DNA of 64,000 nt, taken from an uncultured Bifidobacteriaceae bacterium. GTDB taxonomy: Bacteria; Acidobacteriota; Vicinamibacteria; Vicinamibacterales; UBA2999. The translations under genes and the position numbers were made by a program. The stretch is from the NCBI GenBank assembly GCA_964535675.1, contig CAZHTD010000004.1, positions 31,447-95,446 on the forward strand, written 5' to 3'. Positions 8,312-16,974 of this stretch are shown piece by piece; the first letter of the stretch is position 1, and every line of letters begins with the position of its first letter. The notes beneath the pieces are model-generated. The model saw only the letters and a program-made list of their open reading frames with translations, made no database searches and was not told where the DNA came from.

Positions 8312-10185
8312 CCGCCCACCTTCACGACGACGGCTACGATGCCCGACCGTTCGCCGTTGGCCTGTGGCGGAAGCTCTTTCGCTACACCGCACCGTATCGG
8401 CGTGAGATCACGGGCCTCGTGCTGCTCGCGATCGCCACGGCCGCAATCGACGCGCTGTTTCCCCTCGTCACGCGAGGGCTGATTGACGACGCCGTGGCGC
8501 GAGGGCTCGACGCGGCCTTCCTGCAGTACGGCATCGCGTACCTGGGTCTGATGGCGGCGTTGTCCCTGCTGGTCTGGCACTTCATCCGCCTCGCGGGGCG
8601 AATCCGGACGCACGTGAGCCACGACATTCGCCGGGACGGATTCGCGCACCTTCAGAGGCTCTCGTTCTCGTTCTACGACCAGCGGCCGATCGGCTGGCTG
8701 ATGGCACGGATGACGTCGGACTGCGAGCGGCTGTCGAACGTCATGGCATGGGGCGTCCTCGACGTGTTCTGGGGGGTGACGGTGATGGCTGGGATCGCGG
8801 TTGTGCTGCTGGTGCTCGACCTCCGCCTAGCGCTTGTCGTCCTCGCCGTCGTGCCGGTGCTCCTCTGGATCAGCGCCGTCTTTCAACGGCGGATCCTGAA
8901 GAGCGCCCGGCGGGTGCGCCGGACGAATTCCAGGCTCACGGCCTCGTACAACGAGGCGATCGTCGGCGTGCGAACGACCAAGGTCTTCGTCCGGCAGGCC
9001 GACAACCTCCGCGAGTTCCGGGACCTCACGAGCGAGATGTACACCGCGTCGGTGCACAACGCGCTGCAGTCTGCGCTGCTGCTCCCCGTAATCCTGACGC
9101 TCGGGAGTGTCTCCACAGGGTTGGTGCTTGTCATCGGCGGCTTCGACGTCACCCGGGGCGGCGTTTCCCTGGGAACGCTGATCGCGTTTCTCACCTACGT
9201 CCGGTTCTTCTTCGAGCCCGTCCAGCAGCTCGGGCGCTGGTTCGGGGAGATTCAGATGGCCTCGGCGTCGGCTGAACGCATCATGGAGCTGATCGAGACG
9301 GTGCCACGGATCCGCGACAGCGACGGGGTACGCGCCCGCTTGACTGCGGCTTCTGCGGCGCCCGTGGCCGGCCAAGCCGAAGACGGCATGCCGGACGAAA
9401 TCGGCACGATCACGTTCGTGCAGGTCGGATTCGCGTATGAGGGCGGAGGGGTCGTCCTCAACGACTTCAACCTATCGGTGTCGGCAGGTGAGACGATCGC
9501 GCTGGTGGGCCCCACCGGCGGAGGGAAGTCCACGATCGTGAGTCTGCTGTGCCGGTTTTACGAGCCGACGACGGGCGAGATCCGCATTGACGGCGTGGAC
9601 TACCGGGAGCGTGGCCTGCACTGGCTGCAGTCGAACCTCGGCGTCGTGCTGCAGACGCCACACCTGTTCAGCGGGACGGTGGCCGACAATATCCGCTACG
9701 GGCGGCTCGACGCGACGGACGAGGAGGTCTGCGCCGCGGCGGAGACCGTCGGGGCGCACCCGTTCGTCGAGCAAATGGAGCGCGGCTACCAGTCGGAGGT
9801 CGGCGAAGGCGGCATCCTGCTGTCGACCGGGGAGAAGCAGTTAATCGCCTTCGCCCGAGCGATCCTGGCCAGGCCGCGCATCTTGGTCATGGACGAGGCC
9901 ACGTCATCAATCGACACACGGACCGAGCAGGCGATCCAGGGGGCGCTGGGACATGTGCTGCGAGGCCGTACGAGTTTCGTCATCGCGCATCGCCTGTCCA
10001 CGGTGCGTGCCGCGGACCGTATCCTCGTGATCGATGAAGGCCGCAGCGTCGAGGAAGGATCGCACGTCGAACTGATGCGCGCGCGCGGCCGTTACGCCGC
10101 GCTGTACGCGCAGCAGAGCCTCCGCGCGTCGAGTCGCATCCTCGGGCGAGGGGAGACTGGGGCGGGGCAGCCCACGACAGACTAA
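8308..10185 (+). CDS. ABC exporter half-transporter (TMD-NBD), consensus-site subunit
   Basis: 625 aa. Walker A GPTGGGKS, Walker B ILVMDEA, non-canonical signature LSTGEKQL. ATGA start/stop overlap with the upstream subunit. Confidence 0.93.
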   Translation: MTAHLHDDGYDARPFAVGLWRKLFRYTAPYRREITGLVLLAIATAAIDALFPLVTRGLIDDAVARGLDAAFLQYGIAYLGLMAALSLLVWHFIRLAGRIRTHVSHDIRRDGFAHLQRLSFSFYDQRPIGWLMARMTSDCERLSNVMAWGVLDVFWGVTVMAGIAVVLLVLDLRLALVVLAVVPVLLWISAVFQRRILKSARRVRRTNSRLTASYNEAIVGVRTTKVFVRQADNLREFRDLTSEMYTASVHNALQSALLLPVILTLGSVSTGLVLVIGGFDVTRGGVSLGTLIAFLTYVRFFFEPVQQLGRWFGEIQMASASAERIMELIETVPRIRDSDGVRARLTAASAAPVAGQAEDGMPDEIGTITFVQVGFAYEGGGVVLNDFNLSVSAGETIALVGPTGGGKSTIVSLLCRFYEPTTGEIRIDGVDYRERGLHWLQSNLGVVLQTPHLFSGTVADNIRYGRLDATDEEVCAAAETVGAHPFVEQMERGYQSEVGEGGILLSTGEKQLIAFARAILARPRILVMDEATSSIDTRTEQAIQGALGHVLRGRTSFVIAHRLSTVRAADRILVIDEGRSVEEGSHVELMRARGRYAALYAQQSLRASSRILGRGETGAGQPTTD

Positions 10186-10245
10186 TCCCCCCTAGGGCCT
10201 TTACTGCGACAGGGCCTGCAAGCGGGGGGGGGCGACCCCGCCGCC

Positions 10246-11097
10246 TTACAGCGCAGCCAAGTCGTCGTCGGTGAGGCGGAGCGCGGCGGCCGCCACGTTT
10301 TCCTCGAGGTGCGGCAGGCTCGACGTGCCGGGAATCGGCAGCATGATCGGCGCGCGCGCCAGCAGCCAGGCGAGCGCGACCTGCATCGGCGTCGCGGCGT
10401 GGCGCCGGGCCACCGCGGCCAGCCCCGCGACCGCGTCGAGACTGCCAGCCCCGAGCGGATACCACGGCAGGAACACCACCCCCTCGCGCGCGCAGTAGTC
10501 CACCACCGGGTCCGACGTCCGGTTGGCCACGTTGTACTGGTTCTGCACCGAGGCAATCGGCACCACCTCGCGCGCCCGCTCGATCTCCTCCACGGCGACC
10601 TCGGAGAGCCCGACCAGACGCACCTTGCCCTCGTCGCGCAGGGCGGCGAGCGTGCCGAATTGATCGGCCTCGGGCACCGCCGGGTCGATGCGGTGGAGCT
10701 GGAAGAGGTCGCTGCGCTCGACCCGCAAGCGACGCAGGCTCCCCTCGCACTGCGCGCGCAGGTGTTCCGGCCGACCGTTGCGCGCCCACTGGTGCGGACC
10801 CGGCCGCAACAGGCCGGCCTTGGTGCCGATGACCAGCCCGGGCGGGTACGGGTGCAGCGCCTCGGCGATCAGCGCCTCGGCGACATCAGGGCCGTACGAG
10901 TCGGCCGTGTCGATGAACGTCACCCCGAGCTCCGCCACCCGCGCCAGGACGCGGCGGCACGCGGCCGGGTCCGCGTGTGGGCCGAGGATGCCGGGGCCGG
11001 TCAGGCGCATTGAGCCGAAGCCCATGCGTGCCACGGTCAGCTCGCCACCGAGGGTGATCGTGCCGGCGGCCTCCGCCGGGTGAACGCTCCCTGCCAT
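10246..11097 (-). CDS. aldo/keto reductase
   Basis: AKR motifs are present: GFGSMRLTG, FIDTADSYG, LFQLHRIDP, VRLVGLSEV, VQNQYN, IPGTSSLPHLEEN. I prefer ATG 11097 (AGGA 6 nt upstream) over track start 11124. Confidence 0.9.
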   Translation of the reverse strand: MAGSVHPAEAAGTITLGGELTVARMGFGSMRLTGPGILGPHADPAACRRVLARVAELGVTFIDTADSYGPDVAEALIAEALHPYPPGLVIGTKAGLLRPGPHQWARNGRPEHLRAQCEGSLRRLRVERSDLFQLHRIDPAVPEADQFGTLAALRDEGKVRLVGLSEVAVEEIERAREVVPIASVQNQYNVANRTSDPVVDYCAREGVVFLPWYPLGAGSLDAVAGLAAVARRHAATPMQVALAWLLARAPIMLPIPGTSSLPHLEENVAAAALRLTDDDLAAL

Positions 11098-11104
11098 GGC
11101 TGTC

Positions 11105-12106
11105 CTATCGCAGCTCCGGGTCAAGGAGCCGCATCATCGCCGGATGATACCGATCACCCGACGCCGCACCGGGCGGGAAGGCCTGCTCGATCGCCACCTC
11201 CGCGTCCGCGTCGAGCGCGATGTCGATCGCGGCGAGGTTCGCCTCCAGGTAGCTCCGGCGTTTGGTCCCGGGAATGGGCACAATGTCGGGCCCCTTGGTC
11301 AGGAGCCAGGCGAGCGCCAGCTGTGCTGCCGTGCACTTCCGCGCGGTGGCCAGCGCCTCAAGGTTCTGCACGAGCGCCTTGTTGTGAGCCCCATGCTCGC
11401 CGGTGAACCGCGGGAGCTTGTGGCGCAGATCGTCGTCGCGCAGCCCGTCGGCGTTCCCCAGACGTCCCGACAGGAACCCCCGGCCGAGCGGACTGAACGG
11501 CACGAACCCGATGCCCAACTCGCGGCAGGCCGGCAGCACGGTCTCCTCAGGCTCGCGGACCCAGAGCGAGTACTCGCTTTGGAGGGCGGTGATGGCATGG
11601 ACGGCGTGTGCGCGGCGCAGTGTGGACGGCCCCACCTCGGACAAGCCCAAGTAGCGGACCTTGCCCTCCCCTACGAGCCGGGCCATGGCGCCCACCGAGT
11701 CTTCGATCGGGACCTGTGGATCGACGCGGTGCAGGTAGTAGAGGTCGATGACGTCGGTGCCGAGCCGCTGCAGGCTGGCCTCACAGGCCTCGCGGATGTG
11801 GGCGGGCGTGCCATCGATCCGCTGGCCACCGTCGGCCGCCGGGATGATGCCGCACTTGCTGGCGAGCACGACCTCGCGCCGGCGCGCCCCGAGCGCCTTG
11901 CCCACCAGACGCTCATTGGCGCCCCGGGCGTAGGCGTCGGCGGTATCGAAAAACGTGACGCCCAGTTCCAGCGCCCGGTGCATCGTCCGAGTCGACTCGA
12001 CATCGTCCTCCGGCGGGCTGTAGGCGTGCGACATGCCCATGCAGCCGAGGCCCAGCGCCGACACCATGGGCCCATCCGCGCCCAGACGCCGGGCAGGCAG
12101 GCTCAC
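11105..12106 (-). CDS. aldo/keto reductase
   Basis: 333 aa. Motifs: [61 protein letters not shown] start in a GTGA overlap with the TerB gene's stop. Confidence 0.9.
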   Translation of the reverse strand: MSLPARRLGADGPMVSALGLGCMGMSHAYSPPEDDVESTRTMHRALELGVTFFDTADAYARGANERLVGKALGARRREVVLASKCGIIPAADGGQRIDGTPAHIREACEASLQRLGTDVIDLYYLHRVDPQVPIEDSVGAMARLVGEGKVRYLGLSEVGPSTLRRAHAVHAITALQSEYSLWVREPEETVLPACRELGIGFVPFSPLGRGFLSGRLGNADGLRDDDLRHKLPRFTGEHGAHNKALVQNLEALATARKCTAAQLALAWLLTKGPDIVPIPGTKRRSYLEANLAAIDIALDADAEVAIEQAFPPGAASGDRYHPAMMRLLDPELR

Positions 12107-12654
12107 CGGTGCCGCTCCCGGAAGTCGCGCAGCACCGACCGGTGCTCGGAGTAGGCCAGGCGCACTTCAACGAAGGCCTTGTGGTCGAAGCCGAGCTCGC
12201 TGGCGATCTGCCGGATCTGCGACTCCTCGTCCGAGGTGATCGAGTCGTCGGCAGCCGACACCGCGAACAGGCAGTCGAGCAAGTCACGCCGTTGCGCCTC
12301 GCTGGCATTGGCCTTGAACTCGCGGGTGACCAGGAAGTCTTCAGTGGCCCCGAACAGCTTGTGCTGGCTCTTGGCAATCTCGACCACCAGCACGGCCTGC
12401 GCCTCCGAGAGGTGACCGCGCGCGCGGAGGATCGCCACCATCTTGTCGGTTTCTACATCGCTGATGTGATGGTCGGCGGCCGCCACGCGGCTGAGCACGT
12501 AGGCGAAGCCGGCCAAGAACTTCGCCTGTGGCTCGTCGAGCCGCTCGAGCTCCGACACGATGCGCCGCACCGTGTCGGTGCCCTCGTCGCCGGTCGCAGC
12601 GGGCGGGCGCCCCCCCGACGACAAGCCGAGCATTTCCATCAGCGAGAGTCCCAT
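12103..12654 (-). CDS. TerB-family (tellurite-resistance TerB-like) protein
   Basis: Real start at MGLSLMEML (ATG 12652-12654); the 363-aa track ORF is an extension with non-protein-like sequence. Contains a TerB-like repeat pair: [19 protein letters not shown] and [24 protein letters not shown]. Confidence 0.75.
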   Translation of the reverse strand: MGLSLMEMLGLSSGGRPPAATGDEGTDTVRRIVSELERLDEPQAKFLAGFAYVLSRVAAADHHISDVETDKMVAILRARGHLSEAQAVLVVEIAKSQHKLFGATEDFLVTREFKANASEAQRRDLLDCLFAVSAADDSITSDEESQIRQIASELGFDHKAFVEVRLAYSEHRSVLRDFRERHR

Positions 12655-13428
12655 CGGCAGCTTCAGCCTCAGTCTACTGCACGCCTCGCACGGCGGCTCA
12701 CGCGAGCGTACATCGTCGACCGCCCGGCCGCGGGCCACGCGGCCATGCCGCCGTTCAGCTCCGGCACGGTCTCGCGACCGGCCGGGCGTAGTCGGCTCGA
12801 TGCGATCGCCCATCGGTCGCCGCCCGCGTCTGTGAGAACGAGCGGCCGGCCGCGCGGCGGGCGGGCGAGGCCAGCTTGTCGAGCGGGAGGTCGGGTTGCC
12901 GGCGATGGCGCCCTGGACACACTCGCCCGCCACCGACGTCGAGCACGACCGGGCCACCCGGGCCCGGCGAGACGTTCCGCCACCAGCGCCGGGTGCAGAC
13001 GGTCGCTCGACGCTCTCAGATCGAGACAGGCGGAAAAAGCCTGCCGATCGCCGGTCACCTTGCCAATCGAGAGTCCCCCTCGGTGTGTGCCCGACGTCTC
13101 GCGAACGCGGCGTGCCCCCGGCGCCGGTCGACAGTGTCCCGATCGCCGGCCGGGGTGCAATCGAGCTTCGGCCCGCGGCGCCCGCGCGAGGCACTGACCG
13201 GCCCGGGCCTGATCACGCCGTGCGACTTGTCCCGCCAGAACGTCGGCGTGGAAATGCCCTGCGGACGACGTGCACAATGCGGCGTCCGTGCTCGTGCAGT
13301 CCAGCGCGACGGCACACGGAGGATCGACGACGGTGACAACGCCTCCTCACCGTTCAGGTACGACGCGTGGGCGACGCAGCCGAGCGAGCACGGTGATGGC
13401 TCATTGACACGACGGAACGGGGTGCGGG

Positions 13429-14064
13429 TCAGGCGCCCGGCTGCTTCGTCACGCGCAGGTACGGCTTCTTGGCCTCGAACCCGGCCGGGAACTTAGCCTT
13501 CGCCTCCTCGTCCGACACGGCGGGAACGATGATCACGTCCTCGCCGCTCTTCCAGTCGGCCGGCGTCGCCACCTGATGCTTCGCGGTGAGCTGGACTGAG
13601 TCGATGACCCGCAGGAGCTCTTGGAAGTTGCGTCCTGTGCTGGCTGGATACGTCAGCGTCAGCTTGACCTTGTTGTCGGGCCCGATCACAAAGACCGACC
13701 GCACGGTCAGTGTCTCGATGGCGTTCGGGTGGATCATGTCGTAGAGGTCGGCGACGGTCCTGTTCGGGTCGGCGATCAGCGGAAAGTTCAGGGCGTTGCC
13801 CGTCACGTCCTTGATGTCGCTGGCCCATTGCTGGTGGTCGCCGACCGCGTCCACGCTCAGCCCGATGACCTTGCAGTCGCGCTTCTCGAACTCGGCCTTC
13901 AGCCCCGCGACCGCCCCGAGCTCGGTCGTGCACACGGGCGTGAAGTCTTTGGGGTGCGAGAACAGTACGGCCCAGCTGTGGCCCTTCCACGCGTAGAAGT
14001 CGATCGGGCCCTCGGTCGTCTCGGCCTTGAAATTCGGTGCGTCGTCTCCCAGGCGAATGGCCAT
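13429..14064 (-). CDS. 1-Cys peroxiredoxin (Prx6 type)
   Basis: 211 aa. GDDAPNF, WAVLFSHPKDFTPVCTTELG, single peroxidatic Cys motif. AGGAGGA upstream of the ATG. Confidence 0.93.
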   Translation of the reverse strand: MAIRLGDDAPNFKAETTEGPIDFYAWKGHSWAVLFSHPKDFTPVCTTELGAVAGLKAEFEKRDCKVIGLSVDAVGDHQQWASDIKDVTGNALNFPLIADPNRTVADLYDMIHPNAIETLTVRSVFVIGPDNKVKLTLTYPASTGRNFQELLRVIDSVQLTAKHQVATPADWKSGEDVIIVPAVSDEEAKAKFPAGFEAKKPYLRVTKQPGA

Positions 14065-14255
14065 GCGCGTCCTCCTTGTGGCTTACGTGACCCCCGATCA
14101 GTACTCAGCCGGCCCTGGCGAATCAAGCAACGCCGTGGCAACACCGCCGCGTGTACGACGCCCTGTCCGGACTGCCGGATCCCGCGCCCGGGGCATGTGC
14201 TAGCATCGCGACCCGCGGCGGGAGGCGCCGCCGCGGAAGAGGGGGGGACTCACCC

Positions 14256-14669
14256 GTGAGCACCACATACGAGAGCGCCGACCTGATCCTGAAGCTGTAC
14301 GACCTTCGGCGGGAGGCCACGATGCGCGAGGCGCGCGCATGGTTTATCCGCGGGTTCCATCCTGAGAGCACGCAGGAAATCCTCGACACGGTGGCCGGGC
14401 CCGACAGCGCGAAGTTCCGGATGGTGGCCACCTACTGGGACATGGCCTGCTCGCTGGTCAACCACGGTGCCATCGACGAGACGATGTTCAACGAGGCGAT
14501 GACCGAACACATCGCCGTCTTCAGCAAGGTGGAGCCGTATCTGGCCGAGTACCGCGCGAAGATGGGCACGCCGCACTACCTCGCCAACCTCGAGCAGCTG
14601 GTGATGCGGCTGCCCCACATCCAGGAGCGGCTCGCCGCCCTGCGCGCCCGGTTCAAACCGAAGCCCTAG
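14256..14669 (+). CDS. conserved hypothetical protein (about 137 aa, helical)
   Basis: GTG 14256 is preceded by GAGGGGGGG. The sequence from STTYESADLILKLYDLRREATMREARAWF onward looks protein-like, whereas the R/G-rich part of track ORF 14151.. does not. Confidence 0.55.
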   Translation: MSTTYESADLILKLYDLRREATMREARAWFIRGFHPESTQEILDTVAGPDSAKFRMVATYWDMACSLVNHGAIDETMFNEAMTEHIAVFSKVEPYLAEYRAKMGTPHYLANLEQLVMRLPHIQERLAALRARFKPKP

Positions 14670-14709
14670 AGGGCCTCCGTACCGGATCCTGAGGGCTGCG
14701 GCCCCCGCG

Positions 14710-15123
14710 TTACGACACAGCGGGCTTGAGGAGTTCGTCGATGAGGAAGAGGTCGGTGAGCAGCGCGCGGACGTGGATCGACGCGTTCAGGTTGTCCACC
14801 AACTGCGAGCTGATGGCCGGCTGGGCGAGTACCATCTGAACGGCGGCCAGCGCGGCGCGGGCATCCTGCTCAAGCACCGAGAGGAACGCCGCGTAACGCT
14901 CGGCCGGCACCAAGCCCGCCTCCGCCACCACCGCCCGGTACGCGTCGGCCAGCCCGTCGAGCGCGCCCGCGGCGCGGGTCAGGAACTCGCGAATCTGCTG
15001 CCCGCTGTGGCCGTCGGCGTGACCGCCCACACCTTGCGCGGCATAGGCCAGCATGTACTCGTAGGCCTCTTCGATGGCGTCGCAGCGGGCCGCGATCACC
15101 GCGCGGCCGCCGGCGTCGGCCAT
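14710..15123 (-). CDS. hypothetical helical protein (137 aa), last gene of the molybdoenzyme operon
   Basis: Start at MADAGGRAV (ATG 15121-15123) in an ATGA overlap with the cytochrome b stop. I recognise no family. Confidence 0.5.
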   Translation of the reverse strand: MADAGGRAVIAARCDAIEEAYEYMLAYAAQGVGGHADGHSGQQIREFLTRAAGALDGLADAYRAVVAEAGLVPAERYAAFLSVLEQDARAALAAVQMVLAQPAISSQLVDNLNASIHVRALLTDLFLIDELLKPAVS

Positions 15124-15959
15124 CAGCGCCCGGCGGCGGCCTTGCCCCGCACGGCCCACCGATCCGGATCGTGATGTTCGAGATACTCGCGCCGGGTAAT
15201 CCAGCCGAGGATCATCGAGCGCGTGATCCACCACTTCTCGGGCCGCACGGCGAAGTACACGTGCGCGATCACCAGCCCGACCAGGCCCACACCCGCCAAC
15301 CCGTGCAAAACGTAGGTGACCCCCCACGCGGTGTCGCCCAGCAGGTACGGGTCGCGGGTGAAGAACGGCGTGCGCACCCGCACCATCATCAGCAGCCCGG
15401 TCGCCGTGACGGCCATCCCCGCCAGCACGATCACGGTGTGATACAGGCGGTTGCCGAGCGGGTACTTGCCCGGCTTGGGTCCCTCCACCTCGTGGCCCAG
15501 CTCGCGAAGGACCTCGGTCTTCAGCTCCGGCAGGTCACGCGGCCCGACCCAGATCGACCAGAAGTCCATGGCGACCGTCGCGTGAACGATGTGAAACAGG
15601 ATCGACACGGTCAGCACCAGGCCCGCCAGCCAGTGCCAGGTGACCCAGGCGAACCGGACCCCCACAATCGGCAGGAACGCGGTCAGCAGCAGCGTGAGCA
15701 TCGCCGCGGCCATCACCCAGTGGAACAGGCGCGCGGCCAGCGAGTGGCGGCCGACGCGCTCGGGCAGATCGGGATGGGCCGCCTCCATCGCGTCGGTCTC
15801 TGACGCCTCGCGCTTGCGGTGCGCCGAGAGCACCATATAGCTCGCGTGGGCCACGAGGAAGACGACCCCGGCAAACAACGACGCCCAGAACAGGTCCCAG
15901 GAGAGGTGGGTGAGCACCCACTCGCCCCAGGGCGTGCGGCCCCACTCGAAGAGGTTCAT
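15123..15959 (-). CDS. membrane di-haem cytochrome b (FdnI / PhsC / cytochrome b561-like)
   Basis: 278 aa, about 5 TM segments with conserved His in the TMs (RLFHWVMAA, ILFHIVHATV, RLYHTVIVLAG, YVLHGLAG...VIAHVYF). ATGA overlap with the FAD subunit stop. Confidence 0.75.
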   Translation of the reverse strand: MNLFEWGRTPWGEWVLTHLSWDLFWASLFAGVVFLVAHASYMVLSAHRKREASETDAMEAAHPDLPERVGRHSLAARLFHWVMAAAMLTLLLTAFLPIVGVRFAWVTWHWLAGLVLTVSILFHIVHATVAMDFWSIWVGPRDLPELKTEVLRELGHEVEGPKPGKYPLGNRLYHTVIVLAGMAVTATGLLMMVRVRTPFFTRDPYLLGDTAWGVTYVLHGLAGVGLVGLVIAHVYFAVRPEKWWITRSMILGWITRREYLEHHDPDRWAVRGKAAAGR

Positions 15960-16960
15960 GCGTCTTGCACCCCGAGAATCGCCCGCTTCACGAGGTTGCG
16001 CAGCAACGGCAGCTTGTAGGCATTGTGCGCCAGGGGCACTGCGCCCGCGATGGCCAGCTCACCGGCCGCCATCGCCGTCGGCTCGTCACGCGGCTGCCCC
16101 GCCGCCGCGACCTCGCTGCGGACGAGCCGCAGCGGACGCGGGGCCACGCCACCGGCGGCCAGCCGGATGCGGTTGATCGTGCCGCCAGCCATGCGCAGGC
16201 ACGACGCCACGTTGACCAGCGCGAAGTCCCAGACATTCCGATCGCTGACCTTCTCGAAGTAGAACTCGGCGCCCGCCCAGGTGGGCGGCACACGGACCGC
16301 GGTGAGCAGCTCACCGGGCCGCAGGACCGTCATCCGCGTGATGTCGTAGCCGGGGCCGACGAAGAACTCCTCGGCGGGCACCTCACGCTCGGCCCCGTCC
16401 CGCCAGACAACCATCGTGGCCTCGAGCGCCACAAAGGCCGGCGCGGTGTCCGACGGCGTCACCGCCACGCAGCGGTCGGCCTCGAGAATCGCGTGCTCGC
16501 GGTTAAGCGCCTCCGGCGTGTCGGCGTAGCAGATGTTGCCGCCCGCCCGGTAGCACGCCCAGCCCGAGCGGTAGTACCAGCAGCGGGTGTCCTGGATCAG
16601 GTTGCCGCCCACCGTGCCCTGGTTGCGGATCTGCGGGGAGGCCGCGGCCTCGGCCGCCTGCGGCAGGATTGGGAAGTCCCGGCGCACCACGGGATGCGTC
16701 ACCACCTCGGTGAGCGTCGTCATGGCACCGATCTCGAGCCCGCCGCCCATCGCCCGGATGCCGCGCAGCTCGGCCACGCCGCTCAGGTCGACGACGGCCG
16801 CCGGCCGTTTGATGCGGTCCTTCAGCCAGTCGAAGCTGTCGAGCCCACCAGCCAGCGCCCATCCTCGGTCGCCGTAGCGCGTCAGCAACTCGCCCGCCTC
16901 GGCCACCGAGGTGGGCTGGAAGAGCTCGAACGCCGGCATCACGTCGCGAATCACGGCCAT
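15956..16960 (-). CDS. molybdopterin-dehydrogenase FAD-binding subunit (CoxM/PaoB/XdhB-like)
   Basis: 334 aa. FELFQPTSVAEAGELL, ALAGGLDSFDWLKDR, IRNQGTVGGNL are typical of the FAD_binding_5 plus CO-dehydrogenase flavoprotein C-terminal domains. Confidence 0.88.
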   Translation of the reverse strand: MAVIRDVMPAFELFQPTSVAEAGELLTRYGDRGWALAGGLDSFDWLKDRIKRPAAVVDLSGVAELRGIRAMGGGLEIGAMTTLTEVVTHPVVRRDFPILPQAAEAAASPQIRNQGTVGGNLIQDTRCWYYRSGWACYRAGGNICYADTPEALNREHAILEADRCVAVTPSDTAPAFVALEATMVVWRDGAEREVPAEEFFVGPGYDITRMTVLRPGELLTAVRVPPTWAGAEFYFEKVSDRNVWDFALVNVASCLRMAGGTINRIRLAAGGVAPRPLRLVRSEVAAAGQPRDEPTAMAAGELAIAGAVPLAHNAYKLPLLRNLVKRAILGVQDA

Positions 16961-16974
16961 GGCGCTCTCCTCGC

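Noticed and set aside
12103-13194. 363-aa ORF extending the TerB-like gene
   Set aside because: The N-terminal 180 residues are low-complexity R/G/P/S sequence. TerB-like similarity starts at MGLSLMEML (12654).
13189-13198. GGCACTGACC, similar to the IS6-type terminal repeat seen at 46683-46690
   Set aside because: Only 7 nt are shared, there is no transposase-like coding next to it, and such a short GC-rich match is expected by chance.
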